Source: Bdellovibrionales bacterium (GTDB lineage: Bacteria; Bdellovibrionota; Bdellovibrionia; Bdellovibrionales; UBA1609). From it: a stretch of 45,317 nt of DNA. Position 1 is the stretch's first letter. Each line of letters opens with the position of its first letter. The notes under the pieces are model-generated. The model saw only the letters and a list, made by a program, of their open reading frames with translations, was not told where the DNA came from and ran no database searches. Where the stretch lies: positions 3,760-49,076 of the forward strand of contig JBOEFV010000027.1 in assembly GCA_050633065.1 (NCBI GenBank). Reading direction: 5' to 3'. A program made the translations under genes and the position numbers. Positions 26,854-35,616 of this stretch are shown here, piece by piece.

Positions 26854-28467
26854 CTACGAATTTTTAGATTCTTTTTTCATTTTCATAAATAAGCCTACAA
26901 ATAAAACATAAATAATATGCAACAGAACAAAGACAGAGACATACTCCACCCCACCAGAGCCAAAGCCGTATGAGTGAAGACCAGCACCTAACCAAAAGTT
27001 CACACCATACCAAGCCATGATCACAAGGCTAAAAGCGATTATAGATCCGGCAGCAAGCCCAAAAGACTTAACCATTCCAACTAATCTTGCGTGTAAAAGA
27101 GCTAAATAACCCATCAAAGCAATAAACGCCCAAGTTTCTTTTGGGTCCCATCCCCAGAATCTCCCCCAAGAATAATCAGCCCAAACTCCACCTAAAACAG
27201 TTCCAACAGCAAGAAGTAAGATTCCAATTTGTAGACTTCTGTAAATTGAAGTTGTTATCTCAGAAATTTCTTTTCGATATTTATTCTCGTTTAGATGGTA
27301 AAATAAAGAAAAATCTCCTAAAATAAAGGCAAGAAAAAATGCTGAGTATGAAATTGTAATCGTTAAAACATGAGTCAAAAGCCAAAAGTTAGAACGTAAA
27401 ACGGCTTCTAAAGGCTGAATGCTTGGATCCAAAATCACTGGAGCTAAGTCTGACATGATCAAACAAAAAAGCGCTACAACGCATGAACCTACATAAGGCA
27501 TTAAACTTTTGTTCCACTTTCCAACTACATAACCAAAAACAATTGTTCCAAAGGGAACCCAAAGCACTGTCTCATACATATTAGAAACAGGAGCTCTACC
27601 GCTTATGTAAACTCTTATTAAAAACCCTGCCAAATGAAGGAAGAAGCCAAAGAATAAAAAAGAGTTGAAAGCTAAAACAAAATACTTTTTCTTCCAGAGC
27701 CAAAAACAAAAAATAAAAATCAACGCTAAAAGATAAGATATCCACGCATATCTAAATGGATGAAATGAATTATAAAAAACTTCAGCTTTTACTTTTGTGA
27801 AAAGGTGACTCTTATCACCTTTATAAGATTCTAAAGAAAACTTTGAATATTCATCAGCACTTTTATCAACTTTTTTAATTAATTCAATGTTAGATTCTTC
27901 TCCTAAAGAAATTGAAACATCCTTAAGCACTTGAGCAAACTTTTCTTGATGCTCTTTTGAAAACTCATTTATAGAAAGCCATCTATCAGTTCCTTCAACA
28001 GGAGCCACTCTTAAAATATCCCCTGATTGAAACTGACTAAGCCTTGAAAGCTGCCCCTGAAGCCTTGATAAAGCCTGATCAAAAGCATTTAGCTTCACTT
28101 CTTTTTTGATTTTAACATTTAAATTTTGAAGAAGGCTTTCTAGAGCTAAATTTTGAGCTAGTTGTTTTTGGCTGAAGTAATCTTTTGTGATCTCAAGGTT
28201 TAGTGCTGTTTTTAGTTTTCTACTCTTTAACTGAATAAACTCAGTCTCTGACCAAACCTGAGGGGCTAGAAGCCATGTTAAAACTAATGTGGCAGGATCT
28301 TTTCCCTTATACTTGGTTTTTCCGTATATAAGCCTTACACTTTCTCCAGCCAAGGTGTCTAAAGGCTTAAGCCTTCCTCCGTTTTGAACAGGGAGCTCTT
28401 TTAAAGTTACACCAAATGAAAAGCTTGAAAGCATTGTTAGAATTAAAAATAAAATTGTATTTTTCAT
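26854..28467 (-). CDS. ccsA: System II cytochrome c biogenesis protein CcsA/ResC with a periplasmic N-terminal extension
   Basis: WWD domain WADYSWGRFWGWDPKETW, APVSNMYE, WLLTHV, GLHSY. Confidence 0.93.
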   Translation of the reverse strand: MKNTILFLILTMLSSFSFGVTLKELPVQNGGRLKPLDTLAGESVRLIYGKTKYKGKDPATLVLTWLLAPQVWSETEFIQLKSRKLKTALNLEITKDYFSQKQLAQNLALESLLQNLNVKIKKEVKLNAFDQALSRLQGQLSRLSQFQSGDILRVAPVEGTDRWLSINEFSKEHQEKFAQVLKDVSISLGEESNIELIKKVDKSADEYSKFSLESYKGDKSHLFTKVKAEVFYNSFHPFRYAWISYLLALIFIFCFWLWKKKYFVLAFNSFLFFGFFLHLAGFLIRVYISGRAPVSNMYETVLWVPFGTIVFGYVVGKWNKSLMPYVGSCVVALFCLIMSDLAPVILDPSIQPLEAVLRSNFWLLTHVLTITISYSAFFLAFILGDFSLFYHLNENKYRKEISEITTSIYRSLQIGILLLAVGTVLGGVWADYSWGRFWGWDPKETWAFIALMGYLALLHARLVGMVKSFGLAAGSIIAFSLVIMAWYGVNFWLGAGLHSYGFGSGGVEYVSVFVLLHIIYVLFVGLFMKMKKESKNS

Positions 28468-28493
28468 AAACTGCAGCCTTTTCTTTTTAACGC

Positions 28494-29849
28494 CTATTTA
28501 ACAAATCGCCACTTATGGCCACGTTTTTTAAACCAAAATAAAAATATTGTTCCAAGAGCTATTAAAAAACAGCCAAAATATTTAACAAATCTACCGGGGT
28601 CTTTATTCACAGATAGTATTGAGTGTGTAGGTTTCCCCATTTCATCTTCTTGAAATGAGCTTTGATAGAATGTCAGTCCTTTTTTTTTCATAGGCTCATT
28701 CATTGAGATCAGTACATCTTCACCCCCTGCAGAGACCACACTCTCATAGTTTGCAGCCTTCATAGAGCCTTGATACCTTGCAACCTTAAAGTCTTTAAGT
28801 CTTATATTAAAACCAATGTCCACTCTCTTTTTTGCATAACTTAAAACATATACTCTATCTTTTAGAAAAACCTTTAAAGGCTGGTTTACTCCTAACCAGT
28901 AGTCTTTTCCTTTAAAACTCACATTTAAAGCCTCTGTACTTAAAGCATGAGGGAAATCCAACTTTTCAAAATAAGTCCCTCTATATGCATGAGGTTTGTA
29001 ACTAAGAACTCTTAGTTTAAAATCCATCCAGCCAGTGTCTAGAATCTCACCGACCTTTATATTTCCCTCTTTTTTTCCAGCCCTGTTAAATAAAATATAT
29101 GAAAGAGTGCTTCCTGAGGGGTAGAATACAATCTCATTTGACCCTTTATAGTCTTTCGGTTTTGTAAGGTGCAGACTAACTTTTGCAGGCCCTAAGCTTT
29201 TCTCATTCTCTTTAAAAATTTTATTAGCCAAAAGCCAACCCGTTTCTTTTGCTCTTGATCCTTCAATAAAATACCTAACTGCAGGACCGTCTTCAGTGTT
29301 CTTTGAAGTTAAAATTTGATCTTTAGCTTCTGCAAAAATATAGTAATCTTTAATTAAAACTTTTTCCTCTGCTCCTACTGAGTACTCAGCTTTAATCTCC
29401 TTTGGATCATTCTTAAAATAATCAACATCTTGATTAAAGAGTGTTGTAAACTTATTGCCATCAAACGAGCTGTAAACAGAAAATTCTTTTTGAGCTACTT
29501 GAACATATCTGTTTTGCCCACCAAGAGGAAAAACCATCACACCATCAACTCCGTGAAAGTACGTAAGTAGCGAACCTATTTGAACAAGGATAATTCCCAC
29601 ATGAGCTAATAAAAAAGGAATATGCCTTTCTTTCCATGGAAGCCTATCAATCATTACCGCAATCAAAGTGACCGCAAGCATAACTTGAATCCCCACCATC
29701 CAAAAAGACTGGTAAACTACTTGTTTTGCATACTCTGCATTATAAAGGGACTCATAAAATGTCCCCACAGCTGAAATAACTCCTAAGGCTAAGAGTATAA
29801 ATACAGCCAACTTCAAAGACGCTAAAAATTTTAATGATTTCGGTAGCAC
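28494..29849 (-). CDS. resB: System II cytochrome c biogenesis protein ResB/CcsB
   Basis: LASLKLAV...AVGT, conserved HVG, ISMNEP, FYQSSF, NKDPG; adjacent to ccsA; GTG start. Confidence 0.85.
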   Translation of the reverse strand: MLPKSLKFLASLKLAVFILLALGVISAVGTFYESLYNAEYAKQVVYQSFWMVGIQVMLAVTLIAVMIDRLPWKERHIPFLLAHVGIILVQIGSLLTYFHGVDGVMVFPLGGQNRYVQVAQKEFSVYSSFDGNKFTTLFNQDVDYFKNDPKEIKAEYSVGAEEKVLIKDYYIFAEAKDQILTSKNTEDGPAVRYFIEGSRAKETGWLLANKIFKENEKSLGPAKVSLHLTKPKDYKGSNEIVFYPSGSTLSYILFNRAGKKEGNIKVGEILDTGWMDFKLRVLSYKPHAYRGTYFEKLDFPHALSTEALNVSFKGKDYWLGVNQPLKVFLKDRVYVLSYAKKRVDIGFNIRLKDFKVARYQGSMKAANYESVVSAGGEDVLISMNEPMKKKGLTFYQSSFQEDEMGKPTHSILSVNKDPGRFVKYFGCFLIALGTIFLFWFKKRGHKWRFVK

Positions 29850-29917
29850 AATGCTTGAGACTTTCTTGCACTTTTAGAAAAGGGTCAACTCTGTTTTAAA
29901 AAGGGTAATAAAAAGAA

Positions 29918-30652
29918 CTAGCCCATCCATTCAGCAATTATTCTCTTTTCATCCTCTGCTGATATGGATTTTTTAAACTTCACTCCTGAACGCCCTTTTA
30001 CTCTAGCTTCGCACTCAGGCCATGTTTTATCTATATTAAGCTTTCCATTAACTAAGCTTAAGTAAGAATAAGCCTTCTTCTTTTTATTAGAAGATTTCTC
30101 AGATTCTGCCTTTTTTACAGGCATTGATAAATCTTCAGGGATATCATGAATAGCAATTGGATAATCTAGTAACTTCCCATCAAAGAGCTCTATAAATTGT
30201 TTTTTAGAGTAAGCCACTCCAATTTCATCACAACGTTCATTTCCTGGAACACCCACATGACCTCTTACATATCCCCATGAAAGCTTTGAAATGGACTGTC
30301 TTTTAACCACAGCTCTATCTAATTCTAGCCACAAATCCTTATTAGAGACCTCTTTACCTGCTGCTGTTAGCCAGTTTTTCTTTCTCCATCCAAAAATCCA
30401 CTGAGTAGCCCCTTGAATCACATAAGTTGAGTCTGTAAGAACAAGGACATCTTCTTTTGAAGAAACCACTTCACAAAGACCTTTAATAACCGCCATCATC
30501 TCCATACGGTTGTTTGTAGTGTCTCTTCTCCCACCACCAAGTTCTTTCACCCTGCCGTCAGGGTAAACTATAACAGCCCCGTAACCTCCAGGCCCTGGGT
30601 TTCCTGAACAAGCTCCATCTGTGAATATAAGGATTTGATTGAATTTACTCAT
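29918..30652 (-). CDS. rnhA: Ribonuclease HI with a C-terminal hybrid-binding-like domain
   Basis: FTDGACSGNPGPGG, TTNNRME, TDSTYV, VRGHVGVPGNERCD; C-terminal TWPECEARVKG...KFKK. Confidence 0.94.
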   Translation of the reverse strand: MSKFNQILIFTDGACSGNPGPGGYGAVIVYPDGRVKELGGGRRDTTNNRMEMMAVIKGLCEVVSSKEDVLVLTDSTYVIQGATQWIFGWRKKNWLTAAGKEVSNKDLWLELDRAVVKRQSISKLSWGYVRGHVGVPGNERCDEIGVAYSKKQFIELFDGKLLDYPIAIHDIPEDLSMPVKKAESEKSSNKKKKAYSYLSLVNGKLNIDKTWPECEARVKGRSGVKFKKSISAEDEKRIIAEWMG

Positions 30653-30747
30653 TTCATGAGACTACCAGTGCTTTTTGAATTGGGGGACCGTTTTTTTAAA
30701 GTCTTATTTATGATTCAAAAAAATAGATGCTAAAGAGAACCCATTAA

Positions 30748-30761
30748 ACATAATATTATGT
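30748..30761. promoter_or_regulatory. Perfect 14-bp palindrome, candidate operator between rnhA and rpsD
   Basis: ACATAATATTATGT, 14 bp upstream of a TTGACC -35-like hexamer at 30776. Confidence 0.4.
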
Positions 30762-30864
30762 AACGATTATCTTTCTTGACCCTCTGTCTCATCAATGGTT
30801 TAACCATTCATTCCGGTATTTTACCGGGATTTTTAAAACTTAATTCCATAAGGAAGGATACAAA

Positions 30865-31497
30865 ATGGCTACTAAAAAAAGAGTAACGCCACGTTTTAAG
30901 ACTCAACGTAGATTAGGTTCTGAACTACCAGGCTTGGGAAAAGCTGGAGCTCTAGAAAGAAAACCTTATCCACCAGGTGAGCACGGGGCAAAAAGAAGAA
31001 AATATTCAAACTACGCACTTCAACTAGAAGAAAAGCAGAAAGTTATGAAAAACTACTGCCTACGTGAAAAACAACTTAGACGTTTCATTAGAGACGCTAA
31101 AAGTGGTTCATCTTCTAACTGGGTAAATAAACTAGCTGGTCGTTTAGAGCTTCGTTTAGATAACGTTGTTTTTAGACTAGGTTTTGCTCCAAGTATCAGA
31201 GCTGCAAAACAATTGATTTCACATGGTCACATCGTTTTAAACGGTAAGAAACATGATGTTAGTTCTGCTGTATTAAAAGTTGGTGATGAAGTTTCTATTA
31301 GAGCTAAATCTTTAGAGCACCAAGTTTATCTACACGCGAAAGACAACCCAAGAATGGAAGTTCCTGCTCACTTAACAAAAGAGACTAAGGAAAATGCTGA
31401 AGTTGGTAAGGTTGTTAGTGTACCAGGAATCGAAGCAATTCCATTCCCATTCCAATCAGGTTTATTCACAGAGTACTACTCTTTAAGAAAAGCATAA
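30865..31497 (+). CDS. rpsD: 30S ribosomal protein S4, stand-alone, no zinc-finger cysteines
   Basis: YPPGEHG, SNYALQLEEKQK, LELRLDNVVFRLGFA, QLISHGHI, EYYS; AAGGA RBS. Confidence 0.96.
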   Translation: MATKKRVTPRFKTQRRLGSELPGLGKAGALERKPYPPGEHGAKRRKYSNYALQLEEKQKVMKNYCLREKQLRRFIRDAKSGSSSNWVNKLAGRLELRLDNVVFRLGFAPSIRAAKQLISHGHIVLNGKKHDVSSAVLKVGDEVSIRAKSLEHQVYLHAKDNPRMEVPAHLTKETKENAEVGKVVSVPGIEAIPFPFQSGLFTEYYSLRKA

Positions 31498-31517
31498 TAA
31501 AAGCTTTCCTTGAGTAT

Positions 31518-31549
31518 AAAAAAAGAGAACCATTTGGTTCTCTTTTTTT
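31518..31549. terminator. Bidirectional Rho-independent terminator
   Basis: AAAAAAAGAGAACC-ATTT-GGTTCTCTTTTTTT. Confidence 0.9.
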
Positions 31550-31575
31550 GCTTAACGTTAAAAAAATAATTTGAA

Positions 31576-32073
31576 TTAGTACGCAATTACTTCACATAAG
31601 AATTTTTCCTCAAACCAAGTTCCATCGCCATCATCACCCTTAAAGACAGTGTAATCTTCTTCATTGTCAGTGATAACTTCAAGACTTGAAATGCCATCAA
31701 CTGTGCCCTCTTCTTCTGGGTAACCATCGTTATACTCTGTTTCGAAGTTTTTTCTCCACACTTGAGTTAGAGTTCCTGTTGCATCATCAACGTCCCAAAC
31801 ATCTTCTTCATCATAACTAAATGCAAACATGCATGATTCAAACTCACCTACATAACAAGGAGTGTATGTACGGTTAAAAAAAGTATCTTCTGTAATCAAC
31901 GCAGTTGAACTCTCTCCCTCTACTTTAAACTCTAAACTGAACCCTACATCTTCAACAAAAAAACCTTGTGCGTGGTCTGCACTTGGTTGCCAAACACATC
32001 TAAACTTAGCCCCCTCTTCTGCAAATGATAAACTTGTAAACATCATAAAAAATATAGCTATAAACGACTTCAT
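31576..32073 (-). CDS. Secreted acidic hypothetical protein
   Basis: Signal peptide ending SLSFA, four Cys, very Asp/Glu-rich; GGAGAGG RBS. Confidence 0.75.
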   Translation of the reverse strand: MKSFIAIFFMMFTSLSFAEEGAKFRCVWQPSADHAQGFFVEDVGFSLEFKVEGESSTALITEDTFFNRTYTPCYVGEFESCMFAFSYDEEDVWDVDDATGTLTQVWRKNFETEYNDGYPEEEGTVDGISSLEVITDNEEDYTVFKGDDGDGTWFEEKFLCEVIAY

Positions 32074-32162
32074 AAACCCTCTCCTTGGACTATATTTACC
32101 ACTTTACATTGTGAAAATTTAGTCTTCATATGCCAGAAATGTAAGGATTACAGTTTAAATAA

Positions 32163-33365
32163 CTAAAAGCGAGAGGTTTCTTTTAATGCTGAAACTGGAG
32201 TTACCTTTGAAAGGTAGAAAACTGGAATAAGGCTGCTTAAGAAAGCTACGAAAATACAAAAGAATAAAACCCAACCCACAGTGTAAAGGCTAAAGTCAGC
32301 AGGCAGATATTGATCCTGATAAATTGGAGGCAGCACCTTGATAGGGAACAAATCTAGTAAAATTGAAACAACAACACCTGCAGTTCCACCAACAAGAATT
32401 CCACAAATTGATATTCCTGCACCTATACCGCCAAACAAGAGCCTTATTCTAAGTTTTGAAAAGCCCATGGAAAGTAAAATACCGATGTCTTTTTGCTTTT
32501 GAACAACAATAAGAATTAAAAGCGTCATGATTGAAAAACTTGTAGTGAGAAGAGCTAAACCTAGTAAGAATGTCATTGCCAATTTTTCTAACTTTAAAGC
32601 TAGAAAAAGAGCTGAATTTCGGCTTTTCCAGGTTTCAACTTTGTACCCTTTTTTCTCTAACTTTGCCTTATATACGTTTACGTTCTGAGGATTATCTATA
32701 TACACCTCATGTCCACCTAAAAGACTTAAAGACTCTCCTTTAAACAAACCCTTATAATTGTAGATTAAAAGTCTACTCTCTCTATCTCCACTCTCTGAGT
32801 TTAATACACCAGCAACCCTAACTGATTTTGAGTCTGAAAAGTCTAAATCAAGCTGCCCTTTTATAATAGCCTCAGGCTTATAAAGTTCAATTGTATCACC
32901 CACTACAATTTTAAGCTCAAAGGCTAAGTCTGAACCAATAAAAATACTTTCTCCAGTAGAAAAATTTTCAAGATCAAAGGCTAAAGGGTTTTCATCAAAA
33001 TCATAAAAAGATTTTTTAGTTTTTAAAGACTCCTGTGTAATTCCTACTGCTTCAGCACCATTAAAGAGCCCTTCAGCTGTTTTGATAAGAACATCTTGAA
33101 CTTCAAAAACGTTACTATGACTAATACCCTCTAGTGATTTTATTTCTTCTTTAAAAGCTTCATCCGTATTTTCAACTACAAAGTGAGGCTCATGTTTTAA
33201 AAGTCTTTCTTCTGTCGCCTGGTTTAGACCAGACATTACAGACAAAACCACAATTAAAGAAAATGTGCCTAGAATAATTCCAGATAAACTAATCCATGCC
33301 ATTTTTTTAATATGTGAGTTTGCTCGTTTAGAAAAAAGGTAAGCCTTAAGAAAATTAAAAATCAT
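32163..33365 (-). CDS. LolC/E-family lipoprotein-releasing ABC transporter permease
   Basis: LIVVLSVMSGL, TWKSRNSALFLALKLEK, QKQKDIGILLSMG, four-TM MacB/FtsX layout. Confidence 0.88.
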   Translation of the reverse strand: MIFNFLKAYLFSKRANSHIKKMAWISLSGIILGTFSLIVVLSVMSGLNQATEERLLKHEPHFVVENTDEAFKEEIKSLEGISHSNVFEVQDVLIKTAEGLFNGAEAVGITQESLKTKKSFYDFDENPLAFDLENFSTGESIFIGSDLAFELKIVVGDTIELYKPEAIIKGQLDLDFSDSKSVRVAGVLNSESGDRESRLLIYNYKGLFKGESLSLLGGHEVYIDNPQNVNVYKAKLEKKGYKVETWKSRNSALFLALKLEKLAMTFLLGLALLTTSFSIMTLLILIVVQKQKDIGILLSMGFSKLRIRLLFGGIGAGISICGILVGGTAGVVVSILLDLFPIKVLPPIYQDQYLPADFSLYTVGWVLFFCIFVAFLSSLIPVFYLSKVTPVSALKETSRF

Positions 33366-33368
33366 TGT

Positions 33369-33749
33369 CTATAAAGCTACAATAACTTCCACTTCAACAT
33401 TAACACCTTTAGGAAGCTCGCTTACTGCAACACAAGATCTTGCAGGCCTGCCTTCATCAAAGTACTTTCCATAAACTTCATTGAACTCTCCAAACTTAGA
33501 CATATCAGTAAGAAAAACCATTGTTTTAACAACATTTGAAAGGTTTAAATTTGTATCTTCAAGAAAGTTTTTAATGTTAGAAAGAACTAATTCAGCCTGC
33601 TCAGAAACACTGCCTTTTAATACCTCACCATTTGCAGGATTTATAGGGATCATTCCTGAACAATACATCATTCCATTAATTTGAATAGCTTGTGAGTAAG
33701 GACCTACTGGCTCTGGTGCTTTGCTACTGTAAATAATTTTTTTATCCAT
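33369..33749 (-). CDS. ridA: RidA-family reactive intermediate deaminase
   Basis: APEPVGPYSQA, SGMIP, FNEVYGKYF, PARSCVAVSELPKGVNVEVE. Confidence 0.93.
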   Translation of the reverse strand: MDKKIIYSSKAPEPVGPYSQAIQINGMMYCSGMIPINPANGEVLKGSVSEQAELVLSNIKNFLEDTNLNLSNVVKTMVFLTDMSKFGEFNEVYGKYFDEGRPARSCVAVSELPKGVNVEVEVIVAL

Positions 33750-33844
33750 GGTTTATCTCCTCAATATAGTTTAAATAGAACAAATGCATTGTAACTCTAT
33801 CAATACCCACATCAAGCAGCTATATGTTAAATATTATTAAAAAG

Positions 33845-33860
33845 TGGCACAAGACGTGCA
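33845..33860 (+). promoter_or_regulatory. Putative sigma-54 (-24/-12) promoter
   Basis: TGGCACAAGACGTGCA: GG and GC separated by exactly 10 nt, close to the TGGCAC-N5-TTGC consensus. Confidence 0.6.
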
Positions 33861-33871
33861 ATTTAAACCCT

Positions 33872-34936
33872 GTGAAACGTATCCTTACCTTACTCCTGCT
33901 CTTAGGGCTCTCTATCTGCTATTCAAAAGCCTATTCTGCGCCCTCATGTTCGAAGTTTTTACATAAGCCTTCTTATGCTTATTCAGACTCTATACAGCAT
34001 AAAATTGGTCAATTGATTCAAGAAGCAATTCCTGAATACCGTATGGCCAGATCAGACTTTGGAGAATCACATACTCTATACGCTGATATTAGAATTGGTC
34101 TTTTTAAAAAAGCTCGGTTAGAGGTAGCTATCTTGTCTGATAAAAGAGCTGATATTACCATCACCCCAGCTAATCAAAATCACATAGAGCATGCTCAAAA
34201 AAAGATGGAAGTTGTATATAGTAAGCTTATCAAAGATTTTGAGAGCAAACAGATCACAGACTCTCTTTTGAGACCTGAGAGAGTAAGTCACCCTCAAACA
34301 GGCGAGACAATGATTTATATGTCTTTAACAAGACTTAACCAAGCTAGAGTAGATGTGCTCACAGACTTAATAAGGAGGTCATTAAACTTAAAACCTCTAC
34401 CCAAAAAGAAATACTGGGAATTTGAAAGTGATCTCCTTAAAGGGGATATATACCACATCCCAGCAAGGCTTAAAGACCACCAGGTACCTGAAGCCATAAG
34501 CTCTTCAAGAAACCATTTGGTCCCTGCCTATGCAAGGCCCTCAAACCTCCCTTACCATGTTAAACATTTCTTTGATACAACATCTGGCTTTAAAATGATT
34601 TTAAATAGAAACCAGTGGATTGTTGAAGGCTTATATGAATCAAAGCACACAACACCCAAAACCTTAATGCTGTTAATCACTCCTGATGGAAAAGTTACTG
34701 TGCTTGATTCAACACCTTATAAAACAGCTAAACCAATTGACTATGCTGATAATCTACATTCATGGATAAAAGATAAAGCCTATGACAGGATTTTTGGAAA
34801 AGATTCTGATGTCACTTTAGACATCCATCAGCTTCCTGCATTTTTAAATGAACTGTCTTCTTCAGGGTTCACTCTTATAAAACCTACACTAAACCAAAAT
34901 GTTTTTCCTTTTCATAAAGACAGCTCAAATAATTAA
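33872..34936 (+). CDS. Secreted hypothetical protein
   Basis: The ORF track opens at 33824, but GTG 33872 gives a clean signal peptide (MKRILTLLLLLGLSICYSKAYSA); no family recognised. Confidence 0.7.
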   Translation: MKRILTLLLLLGLSICYSKAYSAPSCSKFLHKPSYAYSDSIQHKIGQLIQEAIPEYRMARSDFGESHTLYADIRIGLFKKARLEVAILSDKRADITITPANQNHIEHAQKKMEVVYSKLIKDFESKQITDSLLRPERVSHPQTGETMIYMSLTRLNQARVDVLTDLIRRSLNLKPLPKKKYWEFESDLLKGDIYHIPARLKDHQVPEAISSSRNHLVPAYARPSNLPYHVKHFFDTTSGFKMILNRNQWIVEGLYESKHTTPKTLMLLITPDGKVTVLDSTPYKTAKPIDYADNLHSWIKDKAYDRIFGKDSDVTLDIHQLPAFLNELSSSGFTLIKPTLNQNVFPFHKDSSNN

Positions 34937-35120
34937 ACTTAAAAAGCTCACTGTCTCTTTTTCAAACCCAAATGCAAAGGAGGTATAAGTAAATTTTATG
35001 GATTTGATTTTTCATAAAATTTTTACAATCACTCTTTAAATATTACACCCTCCTTCTCGATCCTCTCTCTATAGGCTAAAAAAGGGTTACGAAACGCCAA
35101 ATGCCATAAGGGGGCCTAAC

Positions 35121-35534
35121 ATGCTAAAAAAAACAATCTTAACTACTCTTTTAAGTCTAGCTTTTACTGTATCTGCAGGGGCAAGCGAGGACAGCGCTTT
35201 AAAGATTCAGGCTTTAGATGCCTCAGGCATAAGTTATTCTGATGTATCTATGGTGTCAGCTGATTGGGCTAAAGGGAACACGGAACATGCCAAGATGGTT
35301 ATGAGCTATTATCACCCTGACGTAGCTAAAACTTTATTAGAAGCTGTTCCAGAGCTTCAAGAAAATAAGCGAGTTCTTATAAGTTTATCAATAGGTTTAA
35401 TGCTTCTTGTTGAACAAAGTGATGTAGATATACAAAAAACACTTCTTAACATCTCGACTCACCAAGATTTATTTAAAAAACCCTCTTTATCTATAAAAGA
35501 GGTTTCAATAGCCTTAACTAGTATCGCCGCTTAA
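35121..35534 (+). CDS. Small secreted hypothetical protein
   Basis: Signal peptide MLKKTILTTLLSLAFTVSAGA; helical mature part; AGGGGG RBS-like element. Confidence 0.7.
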   Translation: MLKKTILTTLLSLAFTVSAGASEDSALKIQALDASGISYSDVSMVSADWAKGNTEHAKMVMSYYHPDVAKTLLEAVPELQENKRVLISLSIGLMLLVEQSDVDIQKTLLNISTHQDLFKKPSLSIKEVSIALTSIAA

Positions 35535-35560
35535 GCTTTATAAAAACCAGACTTTAAAAC

Positions 35561-35591
35561 AAAAAAGGAACCTCTAAGGTTCCTTTTTTTT
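35561..35591. terminator. Bidirectional Rho-independent terminator
   Basis: AAAAAAGGAACCT-CTA-AGGTTCCTTTTTT. Confidence 0.9.
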
Positions 35592-35616
35592 ATGCTCACC
35601 TCGTTAAAAGTAAATA

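Noticed and set aside
30738-30770. dif-like site (minus strand CATAA-TA-TTATGTTTAAT)
   Set aside because: The XerD-like arm has one mismatch, but the central spacer is 2 nt instead of 6; kept only as a palindrome.
33815-33835. ATATGTTAAAT resembling a XerD arm
   Set aside because: No XerC arm at the right distance; expected by chance in AT-rich DNA.
35037-35103. Two TAAA-N15 candidates for sigma-28 promoters upstream of 35121
   Set aside because: The -10 elements (CTCGATCC, GCCAAATG) match only 4 of 8 consensus positions.
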